Shown here piece by piece: positions 7,812 through 18,061 of a stretch of 36,367 bases of DNA. The notes below the pieces were generated by a model. That model was given only the letters and a program-made list of their open reading frames with translations, had not been told where the DNA came from and searched no databases. The stretch is from NCBI GenBank assembly GCA_964348675.1, contig CAYGDF010000004.1:4087-40453 (forward strand), in the 5' to 3' direction. A program made the translations under genes and the position numbers. Source of the DNA: an uncultured Candidatus Saccharibacteria bacterium. Lineage in GTDB: Bacteria > Patescibacteriota > Minisyncoccia > Phycocordibacterales > UBA5272. Position 1 is the stretch's first letter; every line of letters begins with the position of its first letter.

Positions 7812-8750
7812 ATGAAAAAAACAGCAGAATGTGTTTCTCCGGGACACCCAGATAAAAGATGTGACTTCATCGCAGATAGTATTTTAGATGCATACGTTTT
7901 AGAAGATAAGACAGCACGCGTAGCCATGGAAGTGATGGGAGGACATAATTTAATTACCATAAATGGTGAAGTGACTTCATCCGTACACCCAGACCTTGAA
8001 GTAGTAGTGAAGAATATCGTTGGACCGGATTATAAAGTAATCGTAAATATCGCAAAGCAAAGTCCAGAAATCGCTCGTGGAGTGGATACTGGTGGAGCGG
8101 GTGATCAAGGAATTATGAAAGGTTACGCAACTTCGGAAAGTGAGAGCATGATGCCAAAGGAATATCATCTAGCGAGAATGATTTGTCAGAAAATTTACGA
8201 AGTATACCCGTACGACGGAAAGACTCAGGTAACAATTGATGGAGATAAAGTAACTACAGTTGTAGCAAGTTTCCAAAATACAAAAAATAACGAACTGCTC
8301 GCCTTAGTTAAAAGTTTAATCACAGCTGATGAATACCTAATCAACCCAGCTGGAGAATGGACTCAGGGAGGATTCGATGCCGACACAGGACTTTCTGGAA
8401 GAAAACTAATCGTGGACAATTACGGTCCAGAAATAACAATTGGTGGAGGATCATTTTCAGGAAAAGATTATACAAAAGTAGACCGTTCAGCGGCATATAT
8501 GGCAAGACGCGTAGCAGTGGACTTGCTACGTTCTCGAAACGCTAAAGAAGTTTTCACTAAACTTGCTTATGCAATTGGAAAAGCAGAACCGGTGATGGCA
8601 GTTGCAGTTGTTGATGGTGTTGAAGAAAATATCAGCGGGTATGATTTAACTCCAGCTGGAATTCGAAAACATTTAGATTTGGACAATGTAAAATATACAG
8701 ACACTTGTACTTGGGGGCACTTCGGGAGAGGTTTCAATTGGGATAAATAG
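7812..8750 (+). CDS. metK: S-adenosylmethionine synthetase (compact form)
   Basis: GHPDK, GAGDQG, DGKTQV, DTGLSGRK and GGGSFSGKD..KVDRS motifs. Confidence 0.96.
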   Translation: MKKTAECVSPGHPDKRCDFIADSILDAYVLEDKTARVAMEVMGGHNLITINGEVTSSVHPDLEVVVKNIVGPDYKVIVNIAKQSPEIARGVDTGGAGDQGIMKGYATSESESMMPKEYHLARMICQKIYEVYPYDGKTQVTIDGDKVTTVVASFQNTKNNELLALVKSLITADEYLINPAGEWTQGGFDADTGLSGRKLIVDNYGPEITIGGGSFSGKDYTKVDRSAAYMARRVAVDLLRSRNAKEVFTKLAYAIGKAEPVMAVAVVDGVEENISGYDLTPAGIRKHLDLDNVKYTDTCTWGHFGRGFNWDK

Positions 8751-8760
8751 ATAAGTTAAA

Positions 8761-8800
8761 AAACACAAAGGCGACGTCTACGACGTCGCCTTTGTGTTTT
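8761..8800 (+). terminator. Long perfect hairpin terminator
   Basis: 18-bp stem aaacacaaaggcgacgtc-tac-gacgtcgcctttgtgttt. Confidence 0.8.
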
Positions 8801-8869
8801 CACCTACAACTCAAATTAGGGACTAAAATCTATTTCTCAAATCACAATAAATATGCTATACTGTCTAGT

Positions 8870-9622
8870 ATGAAAGTTTTAACCTACCTATATGGCAAGA
8901 ACCCTCTGAAAGAGGCAATTTTGGCCTACAAGCGCGGTTTACCTATGGTTGTGGAGAAACTCTTCTTAACCAAGCAGGCCGAGTTAGATAACGAAATTAT
9001 GAGCCTTGTTCAATCTAACAAACTGACCTATGAAATCGTCACTGGAAACGAGATAGAAAGCCTAGTCGGGCGCGAGGCGGTACACCAAGGAGTTTGTGCA
9101 GTTCTAAACGATAAATTACTCTACACTTCACTGGAGGAAGTTTTAGAGAAGTCTAAAAGCAAAAGCACTAACGCACTTTTTGTTTTACTTGATGAACTGC
9201 AAGACCCACATAACGTGGGAGCAATTATCCGCAGTGCAGTGGCTTTCGGAGCAGATGCAGTACTTATTCCAGAATTCGACCAGACACAAATCACAGGTAC
9301 TGTGATTAAAACTTCAGCGGGTATGACTTTTTCTATTCCAATCGTGAGAATCGGAAATGTAAATAATACTTTAGAGAAACTAAAGGAGGAGCACTTTTGG
9401 ACTTATGGACTAACTGGAGAGGGAGACACTGACTTAAACCAAGTAAAATTTGATAGCAATACCGTTATCGTAGTGGGAAGTGAGGGGCAGGGGATACGAG
9501 CAAAGACACTCGAACTTTGTGACTTTAAACTCTCAATAAAAACAGATGCAAAGTGTGAATCATTAAATGCCTCAAACGCAGCCGCCGTAACTTTGTACGA
9601 ATGGAGTAAACAAAACAACTAA
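8870..9622 (+). CDS. rlmB: 23S rRNA Gm2251 2'-O-methyltransferase (TrmH/SpoU family)
   Basis: HQGV, QDPHNVGAIIRSA, VVGSEGQG and ESLNASNAAA. Start set to the ATG at 8870. Confidence 0.9.
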   Translation: MKVLTYLYGKNPLKEAILAYKRGLPMVVEKLFLTKQAELDNEIMSLVQSNKLTYEIVTGNEIESLVGREAVHQGVCAVLNDKLLYTSLEEVLEKSKSKSTNALFVLLDELQDPHNVGAIIRSAVAFGADAVLIPEFDQTQITGTVIKTSAGMTFSIPIVRIGNVNNTLEKLKEEHFWTYGLTGEGDTDLNQVKFDSNTVIVVGSEGQGIRAKTLELCDFKLSIKTDAKCESLNASNAAAVTLYEWSKQNN

Positions 9623-9623
9623 T

Positions 9624-10877
9624 ATGAACCCAACAGAAAAGAAAGTTTGGGATGTAGTTGTCATCGGAGGAGGACCTGCCGGCATGATGGCAGCGGGGCG
9701 CGCAGGGGAGCGTGGTAAAAAAGTACTTCTCCTTGAAAAAAATACTGAACTTGGTAAGAAACTTTTAATCACAGGTGGTGGAAGATGTAACGTTACAAAT
9801 AATAAGCCAGATAACAGGGCAATGCTTTCAAAATACAAAGGAAACGACCAGTTTCTTTTTTCAGCGTTCTCACAATTCAGCGTCGCTGATACTCTTTCTT
9901 TTTTTAACGACAGGGGGATGCCGACCAAAGAAGAAAACGAGGGTAGAATTTTCCCAGTTTCGAATTCTTCACAATCAGTCTTTGATGTTCTCTATGAATA
10001 CATGAGAAAAAACAACGTAGTGATTCATAAGGGTACAAACGTGCGTGGAATAGAAGTAGATAAGCACACTGGAGATATCATCATCACAACCTCAAGTGGG
10101 AACAGTATTTATTGTAAATCCTGCGTTCTTGCAACTGGAGGAACTTCTCGTCCTGAAACTGGTTCAACTGGGGAAGGTTTCCAGTGGTTAAAGAAACTTC
10201 ACCACACAATAGTAGAAAATGATGTGGCACTTGTGCCAATTACACTTAGCGATGAATGGGCACACAAGGCAAGCGGGTTAACTTTAACTGATATAAAACT
10301 CACAACTTTTCAAAACAATAAAAAACAGGAAGCGTATAAAGGTAAACTACTTTTCACTCACGTTGGAATAAGTGGTCCAACCGTTTTAAATATGAGTAAA
10401 GATGTGCGTGAACTTTTAAAGTACGGAGATGTTTCGATTATGATTGATTTATTCCCTTCACGAGACAATAAAGGCTTAAAACAGGACTTACAAAATATTT
10501 TAGTAGAAGAAAGTAACAAGAAATTAAAAAATGTATTGGGTCCGCTTGTTCCAGCCTCTCTACAGAAACCTTTACTTAATTTGGCGGCCATTGACGGAGA
10601 AACTTTTTGTCATAGCGTTTCAAGTGAAGACCGTGTGAAATTAGTAGAAACCATGAAAGCCATTCCGCTTCACGTTAAAGGATTACTTGGAAAAGAAAAG
10701 GCTATTGTTTCTTCGGGTGGTGTCGCATTGACCGAGGTTGATTTCAAAACCATGCAGTCACGCTTAGTTCCTAACCTTTATCTGGTGGGGGATGTTTTAA
10801 ATATTGATAGACCTTCAGGAGGATACAGTCTCCAATTATGCTGGACTACGGGATTTGTTGCCGGAAATAACGCTTAA
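9624..10877 (+). CDS. HI0933/BaiN family FAD-dependent oxidoreductase
   Basis: GGGPAG, GKKLLITGGGRCNVTN, LATGG, LLFTH.GISGP and GGYSLQ. Confidence 0.93.
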   Translation: MNPTEKKVWDVVVIGGGPAGMMAAGRAGERGKKVLLLEKNTELGKKLLITGGGRCNVTNNKPDNRAMLSKYKGNDQFLFSAFSQFSVADTLSFFNDRGMPTKEENEGRIFPVSNSSQSVFDVLYEYMRKNNVVIHKGTNVRGIEVDKHTGDIIITTSSGNSIYCKSCVLATGGTSRPETGSTGEGFQWLKKLHHTIVENDVALVPITLSDEWAHKASGLTLTDIKLTTFQNNKKQEAYKGKLLFTHVGISGPTVLNMSKDVRELLKYGDVSIMIDLFPSRDNKGLKQDLQNILVEESNKKLKNVLGPLVPASLQKPLLNLAAIDGETFCHSVSSEDRVKLVETMKAIPLHVKGLLGKEKAIVSSGGVALTEVDFKTMQSRLVPNLYLVGDVLNIDRPSGGYSLQLCWTTGFVAGNNA

Positions 10878-10949
10878 GGCGGTCGTTTGATAAATATTCT
10901 TACTCGTGGTTCAATAAAGGTCAAAGTACCAACTAGATAGGGGACTACC

Positions 10950-11639
10950 GTGCAAAAAGATCACACGAAGTTAGTTTGCTTTTCTGAGCACCTGCGGGCG
11001 ATGCTCGAGCAAGACGACTACGAAAAAGCACTCGCCGCCGAACTCCTTCATTTGGCTAATACCCTCAAGGAGTTACGCCAAGCACATAGCAAAGTTTCTG
11101 GTGACGCTCACGAATGCGAGCTGGGAACTGGGCCGAGGGAGTCATGGGGTGATGCAGACACGGCCTACCGCGCTTTCAGCAACCGAATAATCATGGTGAA
11201 CGATTTGGAAGAGACGTTCAAGGACGAGAACTTGATTCTGGGTAAGATGAACACAAGGACTCTCTCTCTGGCGACCAGGCAACTTCGAAAAATGTTGCTC
11301 AAAGCCATCGAGTGTGAAGAAGAACAGGAGGCCTTAACCGGCTTGGATCCATCTTATTTCGACAATGAACCACCCGGCCGTTTCTTGAGTCCGGTGAAAA
11401 TTCCGCCTCCGGTCCAAGCCTTGTACAACCTGGAAATGGAACTCCTTACAGCAGTTGAGCGAGAGCCCGAAAGTTCTCTTCTTTACCGCTTAGCAAGAAA
11501 TCAGTACCACATCACGTGGAAACTGACGAGGTTCATGATCTCTGAACTTTTTCCAACAAGAGAAGACGTTCTATCTGCTTCGGGTTCGGTGAGGTTCGAA
11601 GTCGTAAACAATTGGCATCTGCGTGTAGTCTTCGAGTGA
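10950..11639 (+). CDS. GC-rich orphan protein 1 (probably helical, unknown function)
   Basis: 229-aa ORF with GTG start and AGGGGA SD (10939-10944). Candidate promoter TTGATA-17-TTCAAT (10887-10915) and a downstream terminator. Confidence 0.7.
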   Translation: MQKDHTKLVCFSEHLRAMLEQDDYEKALAAELLHLANTLKELRQAHSKVSGDAHECELGTGPRESWGDADTAYRAFSNRIIMVNDLEETFKDENLILGKMNTRTLSLATRQLRKMLLKAIECEEEQEALTGLDPSYFDNEPPGRFLSPVKIPPPVQALYNLEMELLTAVEREPESSLLYRLARNQYHITWKLTRFMISELFPTREDVLSASGSVRFEVVNNWHLRVVFE

Positions 11640-11657
11640 CAGCGCCCATGCCAGCGC

Positions 11658-11684
11658 AAAAACGCCGATTGCTCGGCGTTTTTT
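11658..11684. terminator. Bidirectional terminator between convergent genes
   Basis: aaaaacgccga-ttgc-tcggcgtttttt. Confidence 0.8.
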
Positions 11685-11693
11685 CAATTATGA

Positions 11694-14600
11694 TTACGCA
11701 AGTCTATTGTGAGTTCTAAACAGTTTGGAGAATAGACCTTTTACAAACTTCCAAATCCGAGATGGTTCACGGGGACCAATATCTTCTACCTTTTTAAGAT
11801 TGATGTATCTCTTGCCTGGATATCTGTAAAAGAATACTGGTATGAGCACAAGAGTTAAAATCATGGCAAAGGCGAGTCCGAACATAATCGCAAACGCAAG
11901 CGGTCCCCAAAGGGCAGATACTCTAGCGAGTGGAATCATACCCACAACCGTTGTGATAGTGGTTAGGAAAATCGGACGGAGACGAATCGCTGAAGCGTCG
12001 AGAATTACGTCTCTTAAATTTCTAGTTTCTATTCCTTCTTCTTTATTTTTTTCCTCTAAGTCTAACTTGTGCAATATGGAATCAAGTAGAATTATGGCGT
12101 GATTAATGATCACACCCGCAAGCGCAATCAATCCGAGCATGGATGAGAAGGATAACGCCTGTCCAGTTATTGTTAAGCCTCCAAGAACTCCAATCAACGA
12201 AAGTGGAATAGTAAACAGTAAATAAAAGGCATAACGGAAAGAGTTAAATTCAAGAACAAGTATAGCGAGCATTCCTGCCATACCAGCAAGTAGAGCCAGC
12301 CCCATTTCAGCGAATGTCTTATTGATCTCTTCATTATCTCCACCATACTTTACAGAAACCGTGTCTGGCAGATTTAATTCTTCTTCGTGATTCTTAAACT
12401 CATTTGTAACTTTAAGAGCGTTTCCATCACTTGTTAACTTACTACTTACTGTAGCAACTCTTTTTTGGTCCTCATGACTGATAGTCGCTCGTGATTCAGA
12501 AATCTTTGTTGTGATGATAGAACCTAAAAGAATAGCACCGGTTGGTGTAACAACTGGGATTCCTTTTATGCTATCAATTGTAGTTTTAATAGTGTCTTCA
12601 GGATTTATAAAGTCCGGATTTAAATCTGTTTTTACAACGATGTCTATATCTGTGCCTCCTTTTTTAATTGTTGTCGCAGTTACTCCAGAAACAGCAGTTC
12701 TAAGAAGTTGAGCAATGCTTGCTGAAGAAAGGCCAACTTGAGTTGCTTTAGTGCGGTCCACGCTTATTTCAAACTGTGTACCATCGTCACGAAGAGATGT
12801 GACAACATCTTGAGTGCCTTTTATACCACTTAAAATCGTTTCTGCTTTACTTGCTGCCTCACTTAGTTCTTCTAGATTATCTCCTGAGAATCTTATAACC
12901 ACCGGATCTCCACTTGGAGGACCATTGTTTCCTTGATCAACTTTTACTTCCGCAGAGTTAATAGGGGAGAGTTCTTTTCGAAGTTTATCTACTATCTCAG
13001 ATGAAGTAAGTTCGCGCTCTTTAGGAATAATAACTGTAATGTTAGCAAGTTTCGTGCCTGAACCTCCCCCTGAACCAGATAAAGCAGAACTAGCGCCCAC
13101 TGTTGTAACAAATGACTCTATATAAGGACTGTTGTATAACACCTCTTCAACCTCGCGAACAGAAAGGTCAGTTTTTGCAAGCGGAGTTCCTTGCGGACGT
13201 TCGATTGAGACGAAAGCGTAATCCTGATCATCCTGTGGGAAAAATGAAACATTAAGAAGTCCTGTGACTGGTAGCGCTATCGCCATAACGAAACCAATTC
13301 CTAGAGCCCAGAAAAATCTCTTCTGATATTTAGCACTATCTAAGATACCGCCTAAGAATTTCTTATACCATTCTTGCGCGCGATGGGACCAATCTTCCTG
13401 CATATCTTCAAAACGATTCTTATGTTCCTTAGTAAGCAAGATAGCAAGTAACGGCACGAAACCAAGCGCCACCACAATAGATGCAATCAGAACGAAGATA
13501 ATAGTAAACGGAATCGAAGAAATAAATTTACCAACTATACCAGACAAGAAAAAGAGTGGGGCAAAAACGGCGACAGTTGTCATAGTTCCAGCAATTAATG
13601 GCCACGCATACTCTTTAATGGACGCAATCGCTGCACCTTCAGCCGAGCCATACGTTTTTATGCGCGTGTGTATGGCTTCCGCTACTACAATTCCGGAATC
13701 CACCAGAATTCCAATTGCCAGAATCAAAGAAAACAAAGACATAAAGTTAATCGTATTCCCAGATAAATAAAGTCCTGTGAAAGCAATCACAAAAGAAAGC
13801 GGAATAGAAAGTCCTGCCACTAGTGACTCACGCCATCCAATTGTGAGAAATAGCATGAGCATCACAAGTGCGACAGTTTCTAAACCTGTTGTGGTTAGAT
13901 TAGTTAAATCTTTCTTAACAAGTTCTCCGGTATCAAGTGACACCACAACCTTAGCGCCAGCTAATTTGGTGTCTTTCAATTCGTCTAACTTGTCTCTTGC
14001 TGCTTTAGCAATTTTTGTCACATCACCACCTGACTTTTTATAAATATTAAGAGTAAGAGCATTTTCCGAAGGTTCACCATTTATAGATATACGAGAAAAG
14101 GTAGAGGGTGGAGCAAGCCCATCTGCTATAAAAGCAACATCACGCAAATAAACTGGCACACCAGAAGCAGACTGAATCGTAATATCTGGAACTTCCGCTC
14201 CACTTTCTATTGAGCCATCAAATTTAATTGGGTAATCAACGTCAGAAACAGTGATGCTTCCAATTGGAAAAGATGCATTCGCGCCTTGAATCGCGCCGAT
14301 TACTTGATTTAGAGAAAGGCCATACTTAGCCAGCTGTTCTTTTCTAACCACTACCTGAATTTGGCGTTCACGTGTTCCAGAGATTTCTACTTTTGAAACT
14401 CCGTCAACTTTTTTTAATTCATTTTTTAAATCTTCTCCCAAAGCAGTAAGTCCGGCAGGGGACAAATCCTGAGAAATAGAGAGAATCAGCATGGGTTGGT
14501 CCGCAAAGTTTATTTTCGTGACCATCGGCTCTGTGGCGTCTTCTGGCAAATCTCCTTTAACTCTATCAACCGCGTCTTTCAAATCCTGGATGGATTTTTC

Positions 14601-14906
14601 AATGTTTGCACTTGCATTAAATTGCGCTGTAATTACAGAAACTCCTTCGCGAGATGATGAAGTTACTTTGTCTATGTTTTCAACATTAGCGATTTCACTT
14701 TCCAACTTATCGGTGATTAATTTTTCCGTGTCTTCAGCAGAGGCGCCACGAAGTACAGTGGAAACTATTCCCATCGGGATAATAACTTCTGGGGCGGATT
14801 CTTTCGGAATAGAAATCAATGAGAAAGTACCTGACAGAATCAAAACCCCCATGAGTAAATAGGTAAACGCCCGTTTTTTTAGGAAAAATTTCCAGAGTGA
14901 GTGCAT
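11694..14906 (-). CDS. RND family (AcrB/SwrC-like) efflux permease
   Basis: 1070 aa with two large extracytoplasmic loops; GILVDSGIVV and RLRPIFLTTITT motifs. Confidence 0.95.
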   Translation of the reverse strand: MHSLWKFFLKKRAFTYLLMGVLILSGTFSLISIPKESAPEVIIPMGIVSTVLRGASAEDTEKLITDKLESEIANVENIDKVTSSSREGVSVITAQFNASANIEKSIQDLKDAVDRVKGDLPEDATEPMVTKINFADQPMLILSISQDLSPAGLTALGEDLKNELKKVDGVSKVEISGTRERQIQVVVRKEQLAKYGLSLNQVIGAIQGANASFPIGSITVSDVDYPIKFDGSIESGAEVPDITIQSASGVPVYLRDVAFIADGLAPPSTFSRISINGEPSENALTLNIYKKSGGDVTKIAKAARDKLDELKDTKLAGAKVVVSLDTGELVKKDLTNLTTTGLETVALVMLMLFLTIGWRESLVAGLSIPLSFVIAFTGLYLSGNTINFMSLFSLILAIGILVDSGIVVAEAIHTRIKTYGSAEGAAIASIKEYAWPLIAGTMTTVAVFAPLFFLSGIVGKFISSIPFTIIFVLIASIVVALGFVPLLAILLTKEHKNRFEDMQEDWSHRAQEWYKKFLGGILDSAKYQKRFFWALGIGFVMAIALPVTGLLNVSFFPQDDQDYAFVSIERPQGTPLAKTDLSVREVEEVLYNSPYIESFVTTVGASSALSGSGGGSGTKLANITVIIPKERELTSSEIVDKLRKELSPINSAEVKVDQGNNGPPSGDPVVIRFSGDNLEELSEAASKAETILSGIKGTQDVVTSLRDDGTQFEISVDRTKATQVGLSSASIAQLLRTAVSGVTATTIKKGGTDIDIVVKTDLNPDFINPEDTIKTTIDSIKGIPVVTPTGAILLGSIITTKISESRATISHEDQKRVATVSSKLTSDGNALKVTNEFKNHEEELNLPDTVSVKYGGDNEEINKTFAEMGLALLAGMAGMLAILVLEFNSFRYAFYLLFTIPLSLIGVLGGLTITGQALSFSSMLGLIALAGVIINHAIILLDSILHKLDLEEKNKEEGIETRNLRDVILDASAIRLRPIFLTTITTVVGMIPLARVSALWGPLAFAIMFGLAFAMILTLVLIPVFFYRYPGKRYINLKKVEDIGPREPSRIWKFVKGLFSKLFRTHNRLA

Positions 14907-14916
14907 ACTTTTTTAA

Positions 14917-16527
14917 TTAATTTTCCTTAACTGTCACCACCATTCCATCTTTAAGTCCACGAGCATCGGTGACAATTGTTTCTGAACCATCTAATCCAGA
15001 AATTATCTGTATATCTTCACCTAAAATCGCACCCTCTGTAACTTTTATAGAAACAAGGGAACTTGTAGCGCTTAATGTGAATACAAATGCTCCGTTTGGG
15101 GTTAATTTAAGAGCGGAAAGAGGAATCTTCATCGGCCCACTAGTTGCTTTCGGTGCGCTTCGAGACACGTCTACTCTCACAGATTGGCCGTTAATTAAAG
15201 TTGAAGTTTTACCAATTATCCCTACACGCATTTCAATTTTTTTAGTCTGAGGATCAATCGCAGAGGCGAGGCGTGTCACAACTCCTTCAACACTATTATC
15301 AATCATAACTTTGCTACTAACGTTTACTCTTTTAGCATCATCCTCTGTTATATACGCCACCACTTCAAGAGCTCCATTATTTGAAACAACAGCAACTTGA
15401 GTAAATGCAGAAACAAAATCTCCAGTTTGAATTGAAAGAGAATTCAGTGTTCCAGTTATTGGACTTCTTATAACTGTTTTTTCAAGACGAGAAAGCGCAG
15501 CATTATACGCTCCTTGTGCCTGTTTAACTTGAGCATCAGCCGAAGTTACATTTACGTTTGTGCTTCCACTTGTTTTCCCTGCAACTTCTTGAGCGGCTAA
15601 ACTTGCATTAAGAGAAGTTCTAGCTCCAACGATAGATGAAATAGTTCCAGAAATTGTACTGCGAGCAATACTAACATTTGCTTTTCCAGACTCAATAGTC
15701 GTCTGTGAAAAATTATTATCAGCAAGGGCTTTAGAATATGCATTAGCCAAATCATCCAAATAAGTTTTTATAGTCTGTGCTTCTGACTGAACTGCATTTA
15801 ACTGAGTTACTAAATCACTACTTGTAGTTAGAGTGCGATTAGTTGCTTCACGAGTCGTGAGCATCGTTTCAATATTTCTACGTCTGGCTTCAAGTGAAAG
15901 AGTGAGGTTAGCATCTGGAACAGACATCACAAATCTCACATCTTGATTACGAGGATTGGAATAAACTGCGTCAGTCTTAACATGAATTATGTCATCCATA
16001 CTGGCGTAAGCACTTGAGATGGAATTAAGTGCGCTAGTTTTAGAATCTGCTAACGAAGAGTTCGTTGTGCCGGAATTTATCTGAGCGATGTCACGCGCGG
16101 CTTTAGCGGCATCATAAGCACCTTCTGCTTGCAAAACAGCGGCCCGTTCACCAGAGTTTTCAAATTCAGCGATTACTTGACCGGCAGTCACATAATCGCC
16201 GAGTTTTTTATAGACCCTTGTTAACTTTCCAGAAGTTTCTGCACGAATAGTGGCTTCACTGGTTGAAGTTACTACACCTAGAAGTGGGAGGGCAGAGTCA
16301 TTGTTGGCCAAATCTGAAACGACAGCAAGTTTTACGACACGAGGGGAGTTCGTAATAACAGATTGCTCCTCATCGCCACTTAAAGCGCGACCTACAAATA
16401 CCACAATCACGACAACCAAAACCGCAATGACTACCTGCTTCCATCTTGGCTGTTCTTTATACCAAACAAAGGACTGTCTACCTATATCCTTACCATCTCT
16501 AACTATTTTTTCTAAGTGCTTGTTCAT
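14917..16527 (-). CDS. RND membrane fusion (adaptor) protein with an extended helical hairpin
   Basis: N-terminal TM, lipoyl half-motifs (GDYVTAGQVIAE; IRSPITG) and a long Ala/Ser-rich helical region. Confidence 0.88.
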   Translation of the reverse strand: MNKHLEKIVRDGKDIGRQSFVWYKEQPRWKQVVIAVLVVVIVVFVGRALSGDEEQSVITNSPRVVKLAVVSDLANNDSALPLLGVVTSTSEATIRAETSGKLTRVYKKLGDYVTAGQVIAEFENSGERAAVLQAEGAYDAAKAARDIAQINSGTTNSSLADSKTSALNSISSAYASMDDIIHVKTDAVYSNPRNQDVRFVMSVPDANLTLSLEARRRNIETMLTTREATNRTLTTSSDLVTQLNAVQSEAQTIKTYLDDLANAYSKALADNNFSQTTIESGKANVSIARSTISGTISSIVGARTSLNASLAAQEVAGKTSGSTNVNVTSADAQVKQAQGAYNAALSRLEKTVIRSPITGTLNSLSIQTGDFVSAFTQVAVVSNNGALEVVAYITEDDAKRVNVSSKVMIDNSVEGVVTRLASAIDPQTKKIEMRVGIIGKTSTLINGQSVRVDVSRSAPKATSGPMKIPLSALKLTPNGAFVFTLSATSSLVSIKVTEGAILGEDIQIISGLDGSETIVTDARGLKDGMVVTVKEN

Positions 16528-16546
16528 AAAATTAAAATTATTTCTA

Positions 16547-17017
16547 TCACTTCTTCGAAAGAAGAATATTTAATACTGCATCAAAGTTTTTCATAATATT
16601 TTCTCTGTCTTTTTCTTTTATTACAGAAAAAATTGAACCTAATTCTTTATCGATTACTTTTTTTGAAGATTCAAAAGCCTTCGAACCTTTTGCGGTTATT
16701 TTTATAATATGTTTTCTACGATTTGCCTTATCTTCTTCCCGAGAAAGGAGGCCCATATCAACCAATGTGGAAATATGTCTACTCACTGTCGCTTCTGTTA
16801 AATGCAAATGATCGGCGATTAAAGATTGAGAAACCGGTCCAGAATCTGAACATCTGAAACCAACCAAAATCATAAACTGAGAAAAAGAGATGGACTTAGA
16901 ACGGAGCAGGGCTTGTTCCAAATGTTTTTCCACCAAAAAATACATTTGATGCACGGAATACATGAATCCTTTAGAAAAATCATTATGATTCTTTGGATTA
17001 AGGCAAATGGTTGTCAT
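16547..17017 (-). CDS. MarR family transcriptional regulator
   Basis: SQSLIADHLHLTEATVSRHISTLVDMGLLSR..D..NRR winged HTH; heads the RND operon. Confidence 0.93.
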   Translation of the reverse strand: MTTICLNPKNHNDFSKGFMYSVHQMYFLVEKHLEQALLRSKSISFSQFMILVGFRCSDSGPVSQSLIADHLHLTEATVSRHISTLVDMGLLSREEDKANRRKHIIKITAKGSKAFESSKKVIDKELGSIFSVIKEKDRENIMKNFDAVLNILLSKK

Positions 17018-17070
17018 GATTCTAATTATATCATTTATGTGGAACTATTAGCAAACTAAGTAATTAAGGC

Positions 17071-17101
17071 AAAAACGAGCCCGACCTTGTAGGGTCGGGC
17101 T
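17071..17101 (-). terminator. Terminator after orphan 2
   Basis: agcccgacc/ggtcgggct stem, followed by ttttt on the minus strand. Confidence 0.75.
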
Positions 17102-17130
17102 TGCGAAGGTGATTGAACGGACTTTCGGTA

Positions 17131-17679
17131 CTACTCGTAACCCGTCTCAAGCACAGGAATGGGAGCCCGGCATGTGCCAGGGATTTCGATCATCTTGTAG
17201 ACGGGGTCGAAATCTAACTCGCGGTCCTTGAGTGCTGGAATCGGACGAGCGCCGGCGCCGAAAATTACTCTGGTCAAGGCCTTTCCGGCGAGCAAGGAGC
17301 CATTCTGGAAGTTCGTGATGATTTCTTCCGACAAGGCTCGCCAGCAGTAGTTAAACTTCAGGTAGTTCGGACTGCCGGCGCCATGACCTTCGTTAATGGA
17401 AAACACGAAGCAGTAGTCAGCGCGCTCGGAAGCATCAAGCGCCAACTTCAAGAGGTCACCCTTGTTGGCAATGTCGAGCGTTCCATCATCACAACGGAAC
17501 ACCTCAACCATTCGCTTCTGCTTCTTGTCTGGTCTTCCTTCGATACGCATGAGGTAGCGCGTTTTTCCAGGAACACGCTTCAGACGTCGAGGAAGAGAAA
17601 GAAACAACTTGAGTAAGCCTTCGGCCGACCCAAGGTCGACCTTCCGGCGTCGCCGGGAGAACTTAGGATCTTGGTCCAT
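17131..17679 (-). CDS. GC-rich orphan protein 2 (basic N-terminus, unknown function)
   Basis: 182-aa ORF with AGGAGG SD at 17690-17695 and promoter TTGACT-17-TAGGAT at 17792-17764. Confidence 0.72.
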   Translation of the reverse strand: MDQDPKFSRRRRKVDLGSAEGLLKLFLSLPRRLKRVPGKTRYLMRIEGRPDKKQKRMVEVFRCDDGTLDIANKGDLLKLALDASERADYCFVFSINEGHGAGSPNYLKFNYCWRALSEEIITNFQNGSLLAGKALTRVIFGAGARPIPALKDRELDFDPVYKMIEIPGTCRAPIPVLETGYE

Positions 17680-17961
17680 TTTAAAAGGGCCTCCTTGACC
17701 CGAATATTTTTACCAAATGTCGAAATGAGATTGGGTGCACTTGAGGGGTACACTTAAGATTTAATCCTACGTTTATACAGACTCAAAGTCAAACTAAAAA
17801 TTAAATTCTAAATACGAAAGGGTGGGGAGCAGAAAATTCCTAAATCTTGCCGACGCGAAAATTAAATACTAAATATACACAATTATGCAAGCATTCATTA
17901 TCTATCTCTGTTTATCATTTTGTAAGGGGGCAGATTATATGCTAATGTCGCACAATATATC

Positions 17962-18061
17962 TTTTACGACTATACTTCTAGGCGAAAGCCAGAAGAATAT
18001 AGTTGTAAAAAATCTTAGCCGTTGTTAGACACTGCTTGAACCCTATAGTGTCTAACAATGG
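17962..18061 (+). other. Two long adjacent hairpins (candidate structured RNA)
   Basis: 17962-18010 stem capped by ggc-GAAA-gcc, and 18019-18061 15-bp stem. The single terminal-arm mismatch in each is G-U on the + strand. Confidence 0.5.

Noticed and set aside
7652..7960. 102-aa minus-strand ORF
   Set aside because: Antisense to the SAM riboswitch and metK, so a shadow ORF. The same applies to the other antisense ORFs nested in long genes.
17885..18028. 47-codon + strand ORF (MQAFIIYLCLSFCKG...)
   Set aside because: Runs through the palindromic elements with no recognisable motif; probably chance.
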